NCBI GenBank assembly: GCA_021647625.1
Contig: JAKIUJ010000001.1
Location: 1-63,114, forward strand
Reading direction: 5' to 3'
From: Desulfobacula sp.
Lineage (GTDB): Bacteria > Desulfobacterota > Desulfobacteria > Desulfobacterales > Desulfobacteraceae
Length of the DNA: 63,114 nt
In this document: in pieces, positions 20,217 through 30,603 of the stretch
How the letters are laid out: each line of letters opens with the position of its first letter
Position numbering within the stretch: position 1 is the first letter of the stretch
Translations under genes and position numbers: made by a program
The notes under the pieces: model-generated
What the model was told of the DNA's origin: nothing
Database searches by the model: none
The model's input: only the letters and a program-made list of their open reading frames with translations

Positions 20217-20720
20217 ATGGAAACTTCAAAATGTTCTCAGGACACAAGTGTTATTATATCCCGCGTCATGCTGCCCGAAGATGCCAATCCTGCCGGAATC
20301 GTTCATGGTGGCGTCATTATGAAAGAAATTGATAACGCTGCGGGGGTAACTGCTGTACGTCATACTCGAAAAATTTGCGTCACTGCTTCTATTGACCGGC
20401 TTGATTTTCACAAACCCGCCTTTATCGGCAATCTGGTTACCATCAAAACCAGTATCAACATGACCGGTACAACATCCATGGAAATCGGGGCCCATGTTGA
20501 AACAGAAGACCTGCTCACCGGAACAATAACGCATTTGGCATCTGCCTACCTTACCTTTGTAGCTCTGGATAAAAACCACAAACCCATACCGGTTCCCCCT
20601 TTAAAACTGGTCACCAACGCAGATCACCGAAGGCACAGGGAGGCTGTTGCCAGAAAAGCGCTGCGTCTTTCAGAAAAAAGAAAAGAATCCGAATGCCAAT
20701 CCGATACCACTAAATGCTGA
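20217..20720 (+). CDS. Acyl-CoA thioesterase (hotdog fold, YciA-like)
   Basis: DANPAGIVHGGVIMKEID, VTASID, AYLTFVALD. Confidence 0.92.
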   Translation: METSKCSQDTSVIISRVMLPEDANPAGIVHGGVIMKEIDNAAGVTAVRHTRKICVTASIDRLDFHKPAFIGNLVTIKTSINMTGTTSMEIGAHVETEDLLTGTITHLASAYLTFVALDKNHKPIPVPPLKLVTNADHRRHREAVARKALRLSEKRKESECQSDTTKC

Positions 20721-20739
20721 TTTTTTGAAAGGAAAGACC

Positions 20740-21171
20740 ATGGCGCGTATAAAAATTGACATACCAAAAAAATTTGAGTTTGAAACAAACCTGGACATCC
20801 GGATTCAAGATATTAACTACGGCAATCATGTTGGTCATGATTGCTTTATTTCCATTCTCCATGAAGCAAGGCTTAAATTTTTTAAAACACTTGGATATAC
20901 CGAAACGGATATAGAAGGAAAAGCGCTTGTTATATCGGATCTTGCCGTGTCCTATAAATCTCAATGTTTTTATGGTGATGCATTGAAAATTCAGGTTCAA
21001 CCGGCAGAGTTTAACAAATATGGATGTGATATATTCTACAGGGTCACCCATGTAAAGACCCAAGCTCTTATTTTGCTTGCAAAAACGGGTATCGTCTTTT
21101 TTGATTATACTCAAAACAAGATCGCAAGAGTCCCAGAACCATTTGCCGGCAGGTATTCATCAGATATTTAA
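20740..21171 (+). CDS. Thioesterase-family protein (4HBT-like)
   Basis: IRIQDINYGNHVGHD...HEAR; start at MARIKID after RBS. Confidence 0.85.
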   Translation: MARIKIDIPKKFEFETNLDIRIQDINYGNHVGHDCFISILHEARLKFFKTLGYTETDIEGKALVISDLAVSYKSQCFYGDALKIQVQPAEFNKYGCDIFYRVTHVKTQALILLAKTGIVFFDYTQNKIARVPEPFAGRYSSDI

Positions 21172-23967
21172 TGATCGGGTCAGCAATAGATTGATACTGT
21201 TTATATATTCTTTATTTTGACACGGTTTTGAGAGATGATCGACAAACATATCTTTCTCTTTTAGCTCTTTAATGGATTGCAAAAATTCAATATTACCGGA
21301 AATAAAAAGAATGGGGACTTTTTCATTGGTTTTTCTTATATGATGATATACATCCATTCCATTTAATTTACCGGACAATATGTAGTCCAGACTGATTAAA
21401 TCATAAACATTCCTGTCAAACAGATCCAGGGCGACCTGTCCACTGTTTGCAATATCAACTTTGCTATTACAGGGACCTTGTGTCAATACAGTGTATTGAA
21501 CATCGGATATATCGGTTTCATCTTCTACCAGAAGAATATATTTTTCAAAATGACACACACCATTTTGAATCTCTTTTTTTTCTTTATGTGTTAATTCTTT
21601 TTTTATCACAGGAAGGCTGATTAAAAATCTGGTTCCAACCCCAGGCTCCGAATCAACTGAAATAATACCTCTGTGCTGCTCGATGTATCTTTTTACATTG
21701 GCCATGCCATAGCCTGTTCCTTTAATATCATCTTTATACGCCCCGGCTGTATCCCTGCTGCCTTTTAAGGTAAAAGACGGATGATAAATACTTTTCAGAT
21801 ATCCCTCAGGGATACCACAGCCGTTATCTTGAATCGCAAAAAAGATATTATCACCTTTACTATATGTTTTGATAATTATCTTAGGATACTCTACCATGCT
21901 TAAAGCATGGATTGAATTTTGTATCAGGTTGACTAAAGCATGTTCAATCATTCCCGGATCAGCAAGCAAATCCGGCACATCACTATCATCATCCCTAACT
22001 AACGCAATACCCTCCAAATCTTTTTTCATCAAAGTCAAAACCAGATTTATTTTTTCATTAATTTTGAAAAATTTCTGTCTGGGTTCCTGATCTTTTGCAA
22101 AGGCAACTAAGTTTTTAGTTAAATTTCTCCCCCTCAAGGTTTGATTCAGTATCAATTCCAACTTCTTTTTAGTTTCCAGTTCTTTACTGTCAATGAGCAA
22201 CAGTTCTGTGTTACCCATAATGATACCTAAAATATTATTAAAATCATGGGCCAGTTTACCTGCGATCCGGCCGACCATGACCAGTTTTTTTTGTTCTCCT
22301 GCGACTTTTTCAGCTTGAATTTTTTCTTTTTCCACACGCTTTAGATCTGTAATATCATGGGCAACCACGCGGGCACCTTTTAGTCTATCACCATCAAGTA
22401 TGTAATCGCTGGCCATGATGATACGGATTAATTCACCATCTTTACTTATGAGATCTGCTTCAATCGTATCCTCTAATTCCTCGCCTTTAAAAAGCATTTT
22501 AAATCTTTTATCAAACCTGGCCAATGTCTCCCGGGAAAAAAGATCTTTTGGATCCATAGATAGAAATTGAGATTCCGAATATCCGGAGAATTGACACATC
22601 ACATCATTTACATTGATAAATTTGCCTTTGACAAAATCAATTTCATATATGCCTGTGGGTGCATGTTGAAATAGATGCCTGTATTTTTTTTCACTCTCGC
22701 GCAACGCTTTTTCACTATTTTGTCGTTCTTTAGCCATTTCATTTGCCGAAACAGCCAGAGACTGAAATTCGCTGAACATAACCTTTTCCTGATCAATCGG
22801 TATTGCCTGGCTTGCCGAGCGTTTAAAGAACTCAATAAACATATCCAGATTCTTTTTAATTTTCACAGAAATAAACCGGACCAGCACAAATGAAATGAGG
22901 ATGAACACACATAACACGCCTGCCGATTTATTAACCAGCGCCTGAATAGTTCTTTTTACTTCTAATCGCTTTTGAATAATCTCATTCTCAACTGCGTCGA
23001 TGGACACACCTGTCCCTATATACCATTCCCATTCATCAATGGATTCTGCATAGCTTATTTTTGACGCCGGCGGTTGGCCTTTGAATCCTGGTGCCGTATA
23101 TTCAACAAACCCACCACCCGATCTGGCCTCCTGGATCAATCTGTCAACAATTTTAACGCCATTGGAATCAACAATATATCGCATGTTTTTACCTTTGAAA
23201 GGACCGGACAGGCTATCACCATCCCATGTAGCTGCAAAAACATACCCATCTGAACCATAGCGAATTTGTTCTATCCGTTCTATGACCTCTTTTTTTATCT
23301 TTTCTTCCTCATCAACAATATATTTTCCATTGCCAATCACCCAGTCAAAGGGTTTAAAATATTTTACAAAGGATACTTTTGGAACAAGCTTGCCGGGGTA
23401 TTCTGGTTTGTTCCAAAAATAGGAACAATACCCTTCCTGCTCAGCAGACCTTGCAGCAGCAATGATCACTTTCATGATATAGGTGCCGTTACCGTCTTGA
23501 ATATTCATTATGTTAACCCCTTCAAGTTCAGGGTTGTTTCTGTTTATCAATTCGGTGCCCTGCATATCTTCTGCAAAATAATACCCTTTTCCACCATCCC
23601 ACGAACAGGCATAAAGTGCATCGTGAACAACCTTCTTAATCTGTTTTAATGATTTTGTACTTTTATGTAAATTATAAAGATATAATGCAGTTCCATAGGC
23701 CTCATATGTACGCGATTTCACTTCCGACCTGACGCGCTTTTCAATAAGCGATTGTTCATGTCGAACATAGTCAACAGCCTTCTTGACCTGTGTTTTAATC
23801 ATTTGTTTTTGAGAATCGATATAGGTTTGCCTGATATTGTCAATTTGAAATTGGGCATTTCGAATTTCATCGCCAATCCACAGATACACCATCAGGCAGA
23901 CAATGATAACGCAAAGCGATATCATTGATATCCACAGTATACTGGTCAATTGTCTGGGCTTGGTCAT
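21160..23967 (-). CDS. Hybrid sensor histidine kinase (Cache, PAS, HisKA, HATPase, receiver)
   Basis: AHDFNNIL, NLIQNS, DNGCGI, GTGYGM; receiver ILLVEDE...SLD...SKP. Confidence 0.92.
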   Translation of the reverse strand: MTKPRQLTSILWISMISLCVIIVCLMVYLWIGDEIRNAQFQIDNIRQTYIDSQKQMIKTQVKKAVDYVRHEQSLIEKRVRSEVKSRTYEAYGTALYLYNLHKSTKSLKQIKKVVHDALYACSWDGGKGYYFAEDMQGTELINRNNPELEGVNIMNIQDGNGTYIMKVIIAAARSAEQEGYCSYFWNKPEYPGKLVPKVSFVKYFKPFDWVIGNGKYIVDEEEKIKKEVIERIEQIRYGSDGYVFAATWDGDSLSGPFKGKNMRYIVDSNGVKIVDRLIQEARSGGGFVEYTAPGFKGQPPASKISYAESIDEWEWYIGTGVSIDAVENEIIQKRLEVKRTIQALVNKSAGVLCVFILISFVLVRFISVKIKKNLDMFIEFFKRSASQAIPIDQEKVMFSEFQSLAVSANEMAKERQNSEKALRESEKKYRHLFQHAPTGIYEIDFVKGKFINVNDVMCQFSGYSESQFLSMDPKDLFSRETLARFDKRFKMLFKGEELEDTIEADLISKDGELIRIIMASDYILDGDRLKGARVVAHDITDLKRVEKEKIQAEKVAGEQKKLVMVGRIAGKLAHDFNNILGIIMGNTELLLIDSKELETKKKLELILNQTLRGRNLTKNLVAFAKDQEPRQKFFKINEKINLVLTLMKKDLEGIALVRDDDSDVPDLLADPGMIEHALVNLIQNSIHALSMVEYPKIIIKTYSKGDNIFFAIQDNGCGIPEGYLKSIYHPSFTLKGSRDTAGAYKDDIKGTGYGMANVKRYIEQHRGIISVDSEPGVGTRFLISLPVIKKELTHKEKKEIQNGVCHFEKYILLVEDETDISDVQYTVLTQGPCNSKVDIANSGQVALDLFDRNVYDLISLDYILSGKLNGMDVYHHIRKTNEKVPILFISGNIEFLQSIKELKEKDMFVDHLSKPCQNKEYINSINLLLTRSLNI

Positions 23968-24467
23968 TACCTTTTTTCCCTTCTGATGCGATATAATTCT
24001 TTTTTTTGCATCAAAAAACACTTTTGTTTTATATCACATTGTGTGATAAACTATTCCATAAAAAATTGGTTTGAATATGAAGACCCCCCTTAAATTCTCG
24101 ATAAAACATTGAATTCTCGTATTAAAACGTTTGACCGAACAAACGAATCCTCTTAATCGGGATGGCGAATTACAAAATTCCCATCCATATCTTAAAATCG
24201 TTTTTTAGAGCCTTATGCCATGAAAATAGTTTGGTATCAAAAAATAAGTATTCTGACTATCGTATTACTATTCTCGATCCATCTCCATTCTTTAGGCGGT
24301 AAATATGAAAACAATTTTTCACTCACCAAAGAAACAACGGAGAAAGAACTTTATGGCACCTCAATATATGGTGATATATTTTCAGAAAAAGCAAACCGCA
24401 GCGGCAGTTCCACCCACTTAAAGAACATACCAAAATCACTCTTAAACTTTCTTTTAGTGTTGCAACG

Positions 24468-26837
24468 GTGATTACCTGTTCAGATTCAAGAGTTCCGGTG
24501 GAAAGAATTTTTGATGCCGGTATCATGGATATCTTTGTTATCAGAGTCGCAGGCAATGTTGTGGATACGGATGAAGCCGGTTCAATTGAATACGGGCTGG
24601 CCCACGTAAACACACCGGTGCTGGTCATCCTTGGCCACAAACAGTGCGGTGCCGTGACTGCTGTGACCCATGCAGTTCTTGGGACAGGCCATGCTTTGGA
24701 GCGCAATATTCCGCCGTTGGTGGACAATATTATACCTGCCGTAAAAAGAGCCATGGCACAAAACCCCAATATACATGGCGATGATATTATCCCTGCGGCC
24801 ATTATAGAAAATGTCTGGCAGGGGGCCCAGGATCTTTTCATGAAAAGTCCTTCGTCACGCAGGCTTGTCAACTCCGGCAAGGTAAAAGTCATGGGTGCTG
24901 TTTATGATGTGGGTACGGGAAAAGTTGAGTGGCTGCCACAGCTGCCCATCGCACAAACTCTTGCTAGGGTTGAATCTAATCCTGCCAGGGCCATGAATGC
25001 CATGGCCCAAAAAGGACATGGAGACTCAAAAGAGTACAGCAAAGATAAAAATAGTACAAAAAAAAGTGTTCAAATCAAAGCACTTCCCGTACTCCTTGCA
25101 GACAATGCTACAATAAACCTGCTCAAAACCGATTGGTTAAAAAATACTGGTACAAAAGATCAGCTTTCAGATAAAAAAAATAATCTTTCAGGAACCTTCT
25201 GGGTATTTGTTTCTATTCTTGGTGTTTTCGGTCTCTTTATCTCTGTGGCTGTCGGAAGCGGTTTCTTTGGCCGGGCCGGCCTTAATGTCAAATTGTATTC
25301 AAGTTTTGGCAGTATGATCATGCTGGCCACAATACTTGGCATCGGCGCCTACATTTATATTGGGAACTTAAACGGGTTCTCTCATATTGAAACAGCCTTT
25401 TTAGACCTGGACATGATGGTGGGTGAAACGACCACAACTCAGAATAGTTTTCTGCTCTATGGCATTGAAAATAAAGCCTATGGAAAAACGCAGACAGATG
25501 CGATAAAAAAGCTTCTTAAAAAATTCAAGACAGATCTAAATAATATTAAAATAAGTTCATTTCTATCAGATAAGCAATTGGGCATGGTTGAAAAACTGCA
25601 ACCCATAGTCAATGAATATGAAAACAAATTGGGCGATGTGGTGACGGCATATCATGAAGTTGAGTCGGGGAAAGAAAAACTGAACGAAGTTGCAGAACAA
25701 TTCGACGAAAAACTCGAAGTCCTGACAGAACACCACAAAGCGTCTCTTGCCAAGACTGAAAACAAAGGAACTGATTTTGAAGAAATCAACTACCAGACTA
25801 CCATTGTTGAGTACCTGTCAGCAGCAAAAATTCATGCATTAAAAGCTGCACATGCCGAGGTTGAATTCTTGCTGGATAAAAACCCGAACCATGTCGGGAT
25901 AATGGAAAAAGAGCTTGGATTTTTTAAAGGATATCTCAATGCAGTTAAACAAGAAGTGAGCGATGAATCTGAAATAAAACAGTTACAAGAGGTCGAAGAA
26001 ACGGTTGGAAAATACGAAACCATGCTTAAAAGGGTTATTGTGGATGAAGCATTCATTCAAAAGGATGTCGCTTTTATGAATGAACTGATGCAGAAATTTG
26101 AAACCCGGGCCGGCGCACTCTCCCATGAGGCTGAAATGGCTGCCCAAGGCATGGAAGATATCTCTAAAGCCAGTGAAGAGACTTCAAAGATCATAAAAAC
26201 CATTGATGAAATAGCGTTCCAGACCAATCTTCTGGCATTGAATGCCGCAGTTGAGGCTGCCCGTGCCGGAGAAGCAGGAGCAGGCTTTGCCGTGGTGGCC
26301 GATGAAGTCAAAAACCTTGCCTTGAGAGCTGCTGACGCGGCAAAAGAGACAGCCGGGTTGATCGAAGGCATTGTAAAAAAGGTAACCCAGGGATCCGAAC
26401 TTGTTTTAAACACAAATAATGCTTTCAGCTGCGTTGCAGAAAGTACAGCCAAAGTGGGTGATCTTGTCTCGGAAATATCACATGCATCCCATGAGCAGTC
26501 CAATGGAATAGAGCAGGTGAACACGGCTATTTCTGAAATGGATAAAATTGTTCAACAGAATGCAGCCAATGCAGAAGAATCCGCGGCAGCATCTGAAGAA
26601 ATGAATGCCCAGGCAGAACAGCTCAGAGAATTTGTGGGAGATCTTGTTGCCCTGATCACCGGGGAAAAAGCCCAAAAGAATATCCAGAGCCACCATAAAG
26701 CTATGCATACAGCATCATCACCCAGTGCAAGGCCCCAAAAACCGGGTAAAAACAAAATACTTGCACATCATATCAAGGAAGTTAAACCGAACCGAGTCAT
26801 TCCCTTTGATGATGACAAAGATTTTAAAGAGTTTTAA
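24468..26837 (+). CDS. Beta-carbonic anhydrase / methyl-accepting chemotaxis protein fusion, probably 5'-truncated and internally deleted
   Basis: CSDSRVP, RVAGN and LGHKQCGAV (beta-CA); two TM helices; helical sensor; IAFQTNLLALNAAVEAARAGEAGAGFAVVADEV (MCP tip); C-terminal DFKEF pentapeptide. Confidence 0.8.
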   Translation: MITCSDSRVPVERIFDAGIMDIFVIRVAGNVVDTDEAGSIEYGLAHVNTPVLVILGHKQCGAVTAVTHAVLGTGHALERNIPPLVDNIIPAVKRAMAQNPNIHGDDIIPAAIIENVWQGAQDLFMKSPSSRRLVNSGKVKVMGAVYDVGTGKVEWLPQLPIAQTLARVESNPARAMNAMAQKGHGDSKEYSKDKNSTKKSVQIKALPVLLADNATINLLKTDWLKNTGTKDQLSDKKNNLSGTFWVFVSILGVFGLFISVAVGSGFFGRAGLNVKLYSSFGSMIMLATILGIGAYIYIGNLNGFSHIETAFLDLDMMVGETTTTQNSFLLYGIENKAYGKTQTDAIKKLLKKFKTDLNNIKISSFLSDKQLGMVEKLQPIVNEYENKLGDVVTAYHEVESGKEKLNEVAEQFDEKLEVLTEHHKASLAKTENKGTDFEEINYQTTIVEYLSAAKIHALKAAHAEVEFLLDKNPNHVGIMEKELGFFKGYLNAVKQEVSDESEIKQLQEVEETVGKYETMLKRVIVDEAFIQKDVAFMNELMQKFETRAGALSHEAEMAAQGMEDISKASEETSKIIKTIDEIAFQTNLLALNAAVEAARAGEAGAGFAVVADEVKNLALRAADAAKETAGLIEGIVKKVTQGSELVLNTNNAFSCVAESTAKVGDLVSEISHASHEQSNGIEQVNTAISEMDKIVQQNAANAEESAAASEEMNAQAEQLREFVGDLVALITGEKAQKNIQSHHKAMHTASSPSARPQKPGKNKILAHHIKEVKPNRVIPFDDDKDFKEF

Positions 26838-26865
26838 CGCACTGTAAAGTGCCATCCTGCTTCTC

Positions 26866-26916
26866 AATAATTAATACTTGCTCTGAAATTTACAATTTCA
26901 AAGCAAGTATTATATT
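26866..26916 (+). terminator. Hairpin downstream of the MCP gene
   Basis: TAATACTTGCTCTGAAAT ... ATTTCAAAGCAAGTATTA inverted repeat. Confidence 0.5.
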
Positions 26917-26973
26917 AAACCAATAATTGTTTTGTATATTTTTTTGTTGTAGTATATTTTTTATTGAATTCAC

Positions 26974-27030
26974 TAACAGCCATGCGCGCCCTTGGCTTCT
27001 GGTTCAGGGGATTGCGCAAAAAATAATCCG
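26974..27030 (+). repeat. Structured repeat family C, partial copy (5' half)
   Basis: TAACAGCCATGCGCGCCCTTG...CAGGGGATTGCGCAAAAAA. Confidence 0.55.
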
Positions 27031-27064
27031 GACTGTATGCAAAAAAAAGAGACTCCAAAAGATT

Positions 27065-27484
27065 ATGTTGAAAATATCTGAACAAATAAGCATTTCGGAA
27101 AATGAAATCCGGTTCGAAGCCATCCGGGCCCAGGGAGCCGGGGGCCAGAATGTCAATAAAGTATCAAGTGCGGTTCATTTACGGTTTGATATTTCCGTAT
27201 CAAGCCTGCCGGATGCTGCGAAAGAGAAACTCCTCAAATTCCGGGACAAACGCATTTCAAAAGACGGCATTGTTGTTATCAAGGCACAGCGTTTCCGAAC
27301 AAGAGAAAAAAACCGTGAAGATTCACTTGGAAGACTAAAAGCCTTAATTCTAAAGTCCATGGAAATCAAAAAGAAAAGGAAACCCACCAGGCCATCAAAA
27401 AATGCGACAAAAAAGAGAGTGGATTCCAAAACAAAGCATGGCCTGACAAAGAGATTAAGGGGTAAGGTCTCTTTTAACGAATGA
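27065..27484 (+). CDS. arfB: Alternative ribosome rescue peptidyl-tRNA hydrolase ArfB
   Basis: RAQGAGGQNVNKVSSAVHLRF; basic C-terminal tail RKPTRPS. Confidence 0.95.
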   Translation: MLKISEQISISENEIRFEAIRAQGAGGQNVNKVSSAVHLRFDISVSSLPDAAKEKLLKFRDKRISKDGIVVIKAQRFRTREKNREDSLGRLKALILKSMEIKKKRKPTRPSKNATKKRVDSKTKHGLTKRLRGKVSFNE

Positions 27485-27500
27485 TTTCCAGCTTTTCCAG

Positions 27501-27549
27501 GCGCAATAAAAAAAACGCAGTGCTATATTTTTATTGCGCTTTATTTTTA
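27501..27549 (+). terminator. Terminator-like hairpin after arfB
   Basis: GCGCAATAAAAA ... TTTTTATTGCGC followed by a T-rich tract. Confidence 0.55.
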
Positions 27550-27748
27550 TTGCGTCTTCGCACCAATTCTCTTTAAAAGCCCTGTAAACACTGAATTTCA
27601 AGATTTTTAAGCGATAAATCCTCTTTCTTAAGATAAACACGGCCACATCCTAATCAAAACAGACCTTTCTTTTAGTAAAAAAAATATTGCTTTTAATTTC
27701 AAATACTTGCTTTGTTGGAAATCAAATTTTTATCGCCTTTTTTTGCCT

Positions 27749-27764
27749 TGGCATACTTATGGCT
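27749..27764 (+). promoter_or_regulatory. sigma54 promoter of the Mo-oxidoreductase operon
   Basis: TGGCATACTTATGGCT (GG-N10-GC), about 57 nt upstream of the ATG; a sigma54 activator is encoded at the end of the cluster. Confidence 0.65.
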
Positions 27765-27820
27765 ATGTAGGGGGAAATGATATTAAAAAAAATATTAGTT
27801 TGCTAAGGAGGCAAAATATA

Positions 27821-29911
27821 ATGAATAAAGACGTTTTTAGTTTATGCTTCATGTGTTCTATCAGATGTCCCATCAAAGTTAAGGTCAAAGACGGGCATGT
27901 GGATTTTATAGAGGGAAACCCGCATGTCGCAGGAATTGACGGCAGTTTATGCCCCCGAGGGTCTGCCGGGAAAAACCTGCTCTATGATGACCAAAGGGTC
28001 CAAACGCCTTTAATCCGGGATGGGGAACGCGGGTCCGGAAAATGGAAAAAAGCCGGCTGGGATGAAGCCATTGCCTATGTGTCTGACAAGCTTTCTGCTA
28101 TTATTAAAAAGGATGGCGGTCATTCCGTGGCGTTAATGGAAAGGACCCAGATGGCTACCCATGTGAGTAAGACGTTTCTAAAAGCCATTAAATCACCCAA
28201 CCATTTCACCCACGATGCACTGTGCAAGGGATCTGTTAATACGGCCTGTCGCTCCCTTTTCGGCATTAACGACGGCCAGATTGGAATCCATTATAAAAAA
28301 ACCAAACACATTGTTCTTTACGGCAGAAATATCTTTGAGTCCATTAATCTGAAAGAAGTCAACACCCTGATGCATGCCCTGGAAAATGGTGCAAAACTGA
28401 CCTATATCGATCCGAGGGTCAATGTGACGGCTTCCAAAGCCCACCGGTACTGGATGATACGACCGGGAACCGATCTTGCGCTCAACTATGCCTTGATCCA
28501 TGTAATTTTAAAGGAGCGGCTCTATGATGCAGCTTTTGTTGACACCTGGGTTCACGGCTTTTCCGAACTCCAGGAGTTTGTGGAAGACTATACCCCTCAA
28601 TGGGCCCAGAAAGAGACCGGAATTGATGCCGAACAAATTATAGCTCTGGCAAGAGAAATGAGCCAGGATAAACCCTCTGTGATTTTCCATTACGGATACA
28701 GGGGTGCCAATCATGTGGATGAAATTTACATGCGAAGATCCCTGCTTATTTTAAACGCGCTTATGGGAAGTATAGAAGCCCAGGGCGGGCTTTTTATTAA
28801 AAAAGGCCCGGGGTATCTCGGGAAAAAGCCAGCCAGAAAACTCACCGAACAAAAATTTCCCAAAATTGAGGTGGGACGGTGTGACAAGGTCGGGACAAAA
28901 GAGTTCCCCTTACCAGACCCCAATCACGGTGTGGCCCAGATGCTTCCGGATGCAATCCTCACAGCCGATCCCTACCCTGTGAAAGCATTGATTGCATACA
29001 GAATGGACCCCTTAATGTCCATCGCCGATACCACAAAGACCAAAAAGGCCCTGTCAAAGCTGGACCTTTTAGTTTCCATTGATATCAACTATTCAGACAT
29101 TGCCTGGTATTCTGATGTCATCCTGCCGGAATCAATGTATTTGGAAAGAACTGACTGCATCATGCAGGGCAACGGTTTAAAGCCCCAGATGTTGTTGCGG
29201 GAAAAAGCGGTTGAGCCCCGTTATGACACCATGGAAGGCGCCATGATCTTAAAAAAAATTGGTGAGAATTTAGGAATCGGTGATTTTTTCCCGTACGAGA
29301 GCATGGACGAACTTGTGGACTGGCAGCTTGAAGGCACAGGATTTACAAGACAGGATTTCAAAAAGAAGGGCTTTGTTGCCTATGGTTCTGAACAGATCTT
29401 TTATGATAGAAAAAACGGACTGCCGTTTAAAACCCCATCCAAAAAAATCGAATTCAAATCTTCTTTATTAGAAGATGCGGGATTTGAATCCTTTCCAGCA
29501 TACACACCGGTGAAGACCCCGGGTGAGGGTAAGTTCAGGCTGGTGGTGGGACGTTCAGCCATCCACACCCATGTCTCCACACAGAATGTTGAATATCTAA
29601 ACGAGCTTCAAAAAGAAAACCTGCTCTGGATCAATACAAAAAAAGCCGCTGCCCTTGGTATTAAAAACAACGACTATGTCCAAGTCCAATCCGCTGTTGG
29701 AAAAGGCCGGATTAAAGCCTTTGTTACTAATTTTATCCACCCTGAAGCTGTTTTCATGGTTCATGGTTTTGGGCATGAAGGTGCCCGTGCCAAACGATCC
29801 TATAAACAAGGGTTATCTGATGCGCTTATCCAGGAGAACATCACTGACAAGGTTGGCGGAAGTCCTGCCTATCACGATACCTTTGTATCGGTTAAGGCAC
29901 AAAACCGATAA
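27821..29911 (+). CDS. Molybdopterin (bis-PGD) oxidoreductase catalytic subunit, PhsA/PsrA-like, no Tat signal
   Basis: CFMCSIRC...C FS0 cluster at the extreme N-terminus; HDALC Cys ligand; SDVILPESMYLER; RBS AAGGAGG. Confidence 0.9.
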   Translation: MNKDVFSLCFMCSIRCPIKVKVKDGHVDFIEGNPHVAGIDGSLCPRGSAGKNLLYDDQRVQTPLIRDGERGSGKWKKAGWDEAIAYVSDKLSAIIKKDGGHSVALMERTQMATHVSKTFLKAIKSPNHFTHDALCKGSVNTACRSLFGINDGQIGIHYKKTKHIVLYGRNIFESINLKEVNTLMHALENGAKLTYIDPRVNVTASKAHRYWMIRPGTDLALNYALIHVILKERLYDAAFVDTWVHGFSELQEFVEDYTPQWAQKETGIDAEQIIALAREMSQDKPSVIFHYGYRGANHVDEIYMRRSLLILNALMGSIEAQGGLFIKKGPGYLGKKPARKLTEQKFPKIEVGRCDKVGTKEFPLPDPNHGVAQMLPDAILTADPYPVKALIAYRMDPLMSIADTTKTKKALSKLDLLVSIDINYSDIAWYSDVILPESMYLERTDCIMQGNGLKPQMLLREKAVEPRYDTMEGAMILKKIGENLGIGDFFPYESMDELVDWQLEGTGFTRQDFKKKGFVAYGSEQIFYDRKNGLPFKTPSKKIEFKSSLLEDAGFESFPAYTPVKTPGEGKFRLVVGRSAIHTHVSTQNVEYLNELQKENLLWINTKKAAALGIKNNDYVQVQSAVGKGRIKAFVTNFIHPEAVFMVHGFGHEGARAKRSYKQGLSDALIQENITDKVGGSPAYHDTFVSVKAQNR

Positions 29912-30061
29912 ATAAATCATCCGTTGAAATTAAATGTATGCCCGGTTTAAGCTTATATCGAGTTCAGTTCAAATTTTGGATGATTTTAATTTGATACCGG
30001 GCCTAACCCACTTTAACATTGAAAACAATACGAAACCAGATTCAAAAGCGGAGGCTTTTAA

Positions 30062-30577
30062 ATGAGTAAATATTATCTTTTCCAGGACATTAAAAAATGC
30101 ATCGGATGCCATGCATGTGAAGTCCAGTGCAAGTCTAATAAGAATCTTCCAGTGGGCCCGAAACCCTGTCAGATCATCCAGGTGGGTCCTGAATTCATTA
30201 ATGGACTGCCGAAAACATCCTTTATTTTCATGCCTTGTTTTCACTGCGAAAACCCATGGTGCGTCTCTGCCTGTCCCACAGGTGCCATGCAGAAAAGAGT
30301 TAAGGATGGCATTGTTTTTATTGATAAAGATCTTTGTGTGGGGTGTAAAACATGCGTATCAGCCTGCCCCTGGGGCGCGCCACAGTGGAACCCTGATACG
30401 GGAAAAGTTGAAAAATGTGATTATTGCAAGGATAGAATCGATGCGGGACTAAATCCTGCCTGTGTCACGACCTGTACCACAGGATGCCTGAAGTTCGGCA
30501 ATGTGGAAGAGATGACCCAGGTCCTTCGTGAACGGCATGCAGCATCTATTGCATCCCTTGAAAACAGCAGTTTTTAA
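30062..30577 (+). CDS. 4Fe-4S dicluster subunit (PsrB/DmsB-like)
   Basis: CIGCHACEVQC, CFHCENPWCVSACP, CVGCKTCVSACP, KCDYC...PACVTTC. Confidence 0.93.
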   Translation: MSKYYLFQDIKKCIGCHACEVQCKSNKNLPVGPKPCQIIQVGPEFINGLPKTSFIFMPCFHCENPWCVSACPTGAMQKRVKDGIVFIDKDLCVGCKTCVSACPWGAPQWNPDTGKVEKCDYCKDRIDAGLNPACVTTCTTGCLKFGNVEEMTQVLRERHAASIASLENSSF

Positions 30578-30603
30578 TAATACCAATCGAGATAGGAGTA
30601 AAA

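Noticed and set aside
24220-24471. 83-aa ORF as the missing N-terminus of the carbonic anhydrase
   Set aside because: It is in a different frame and has no recognisable beta-CA N-terminal motif (LxxGNxRF), so it cannot be supported.
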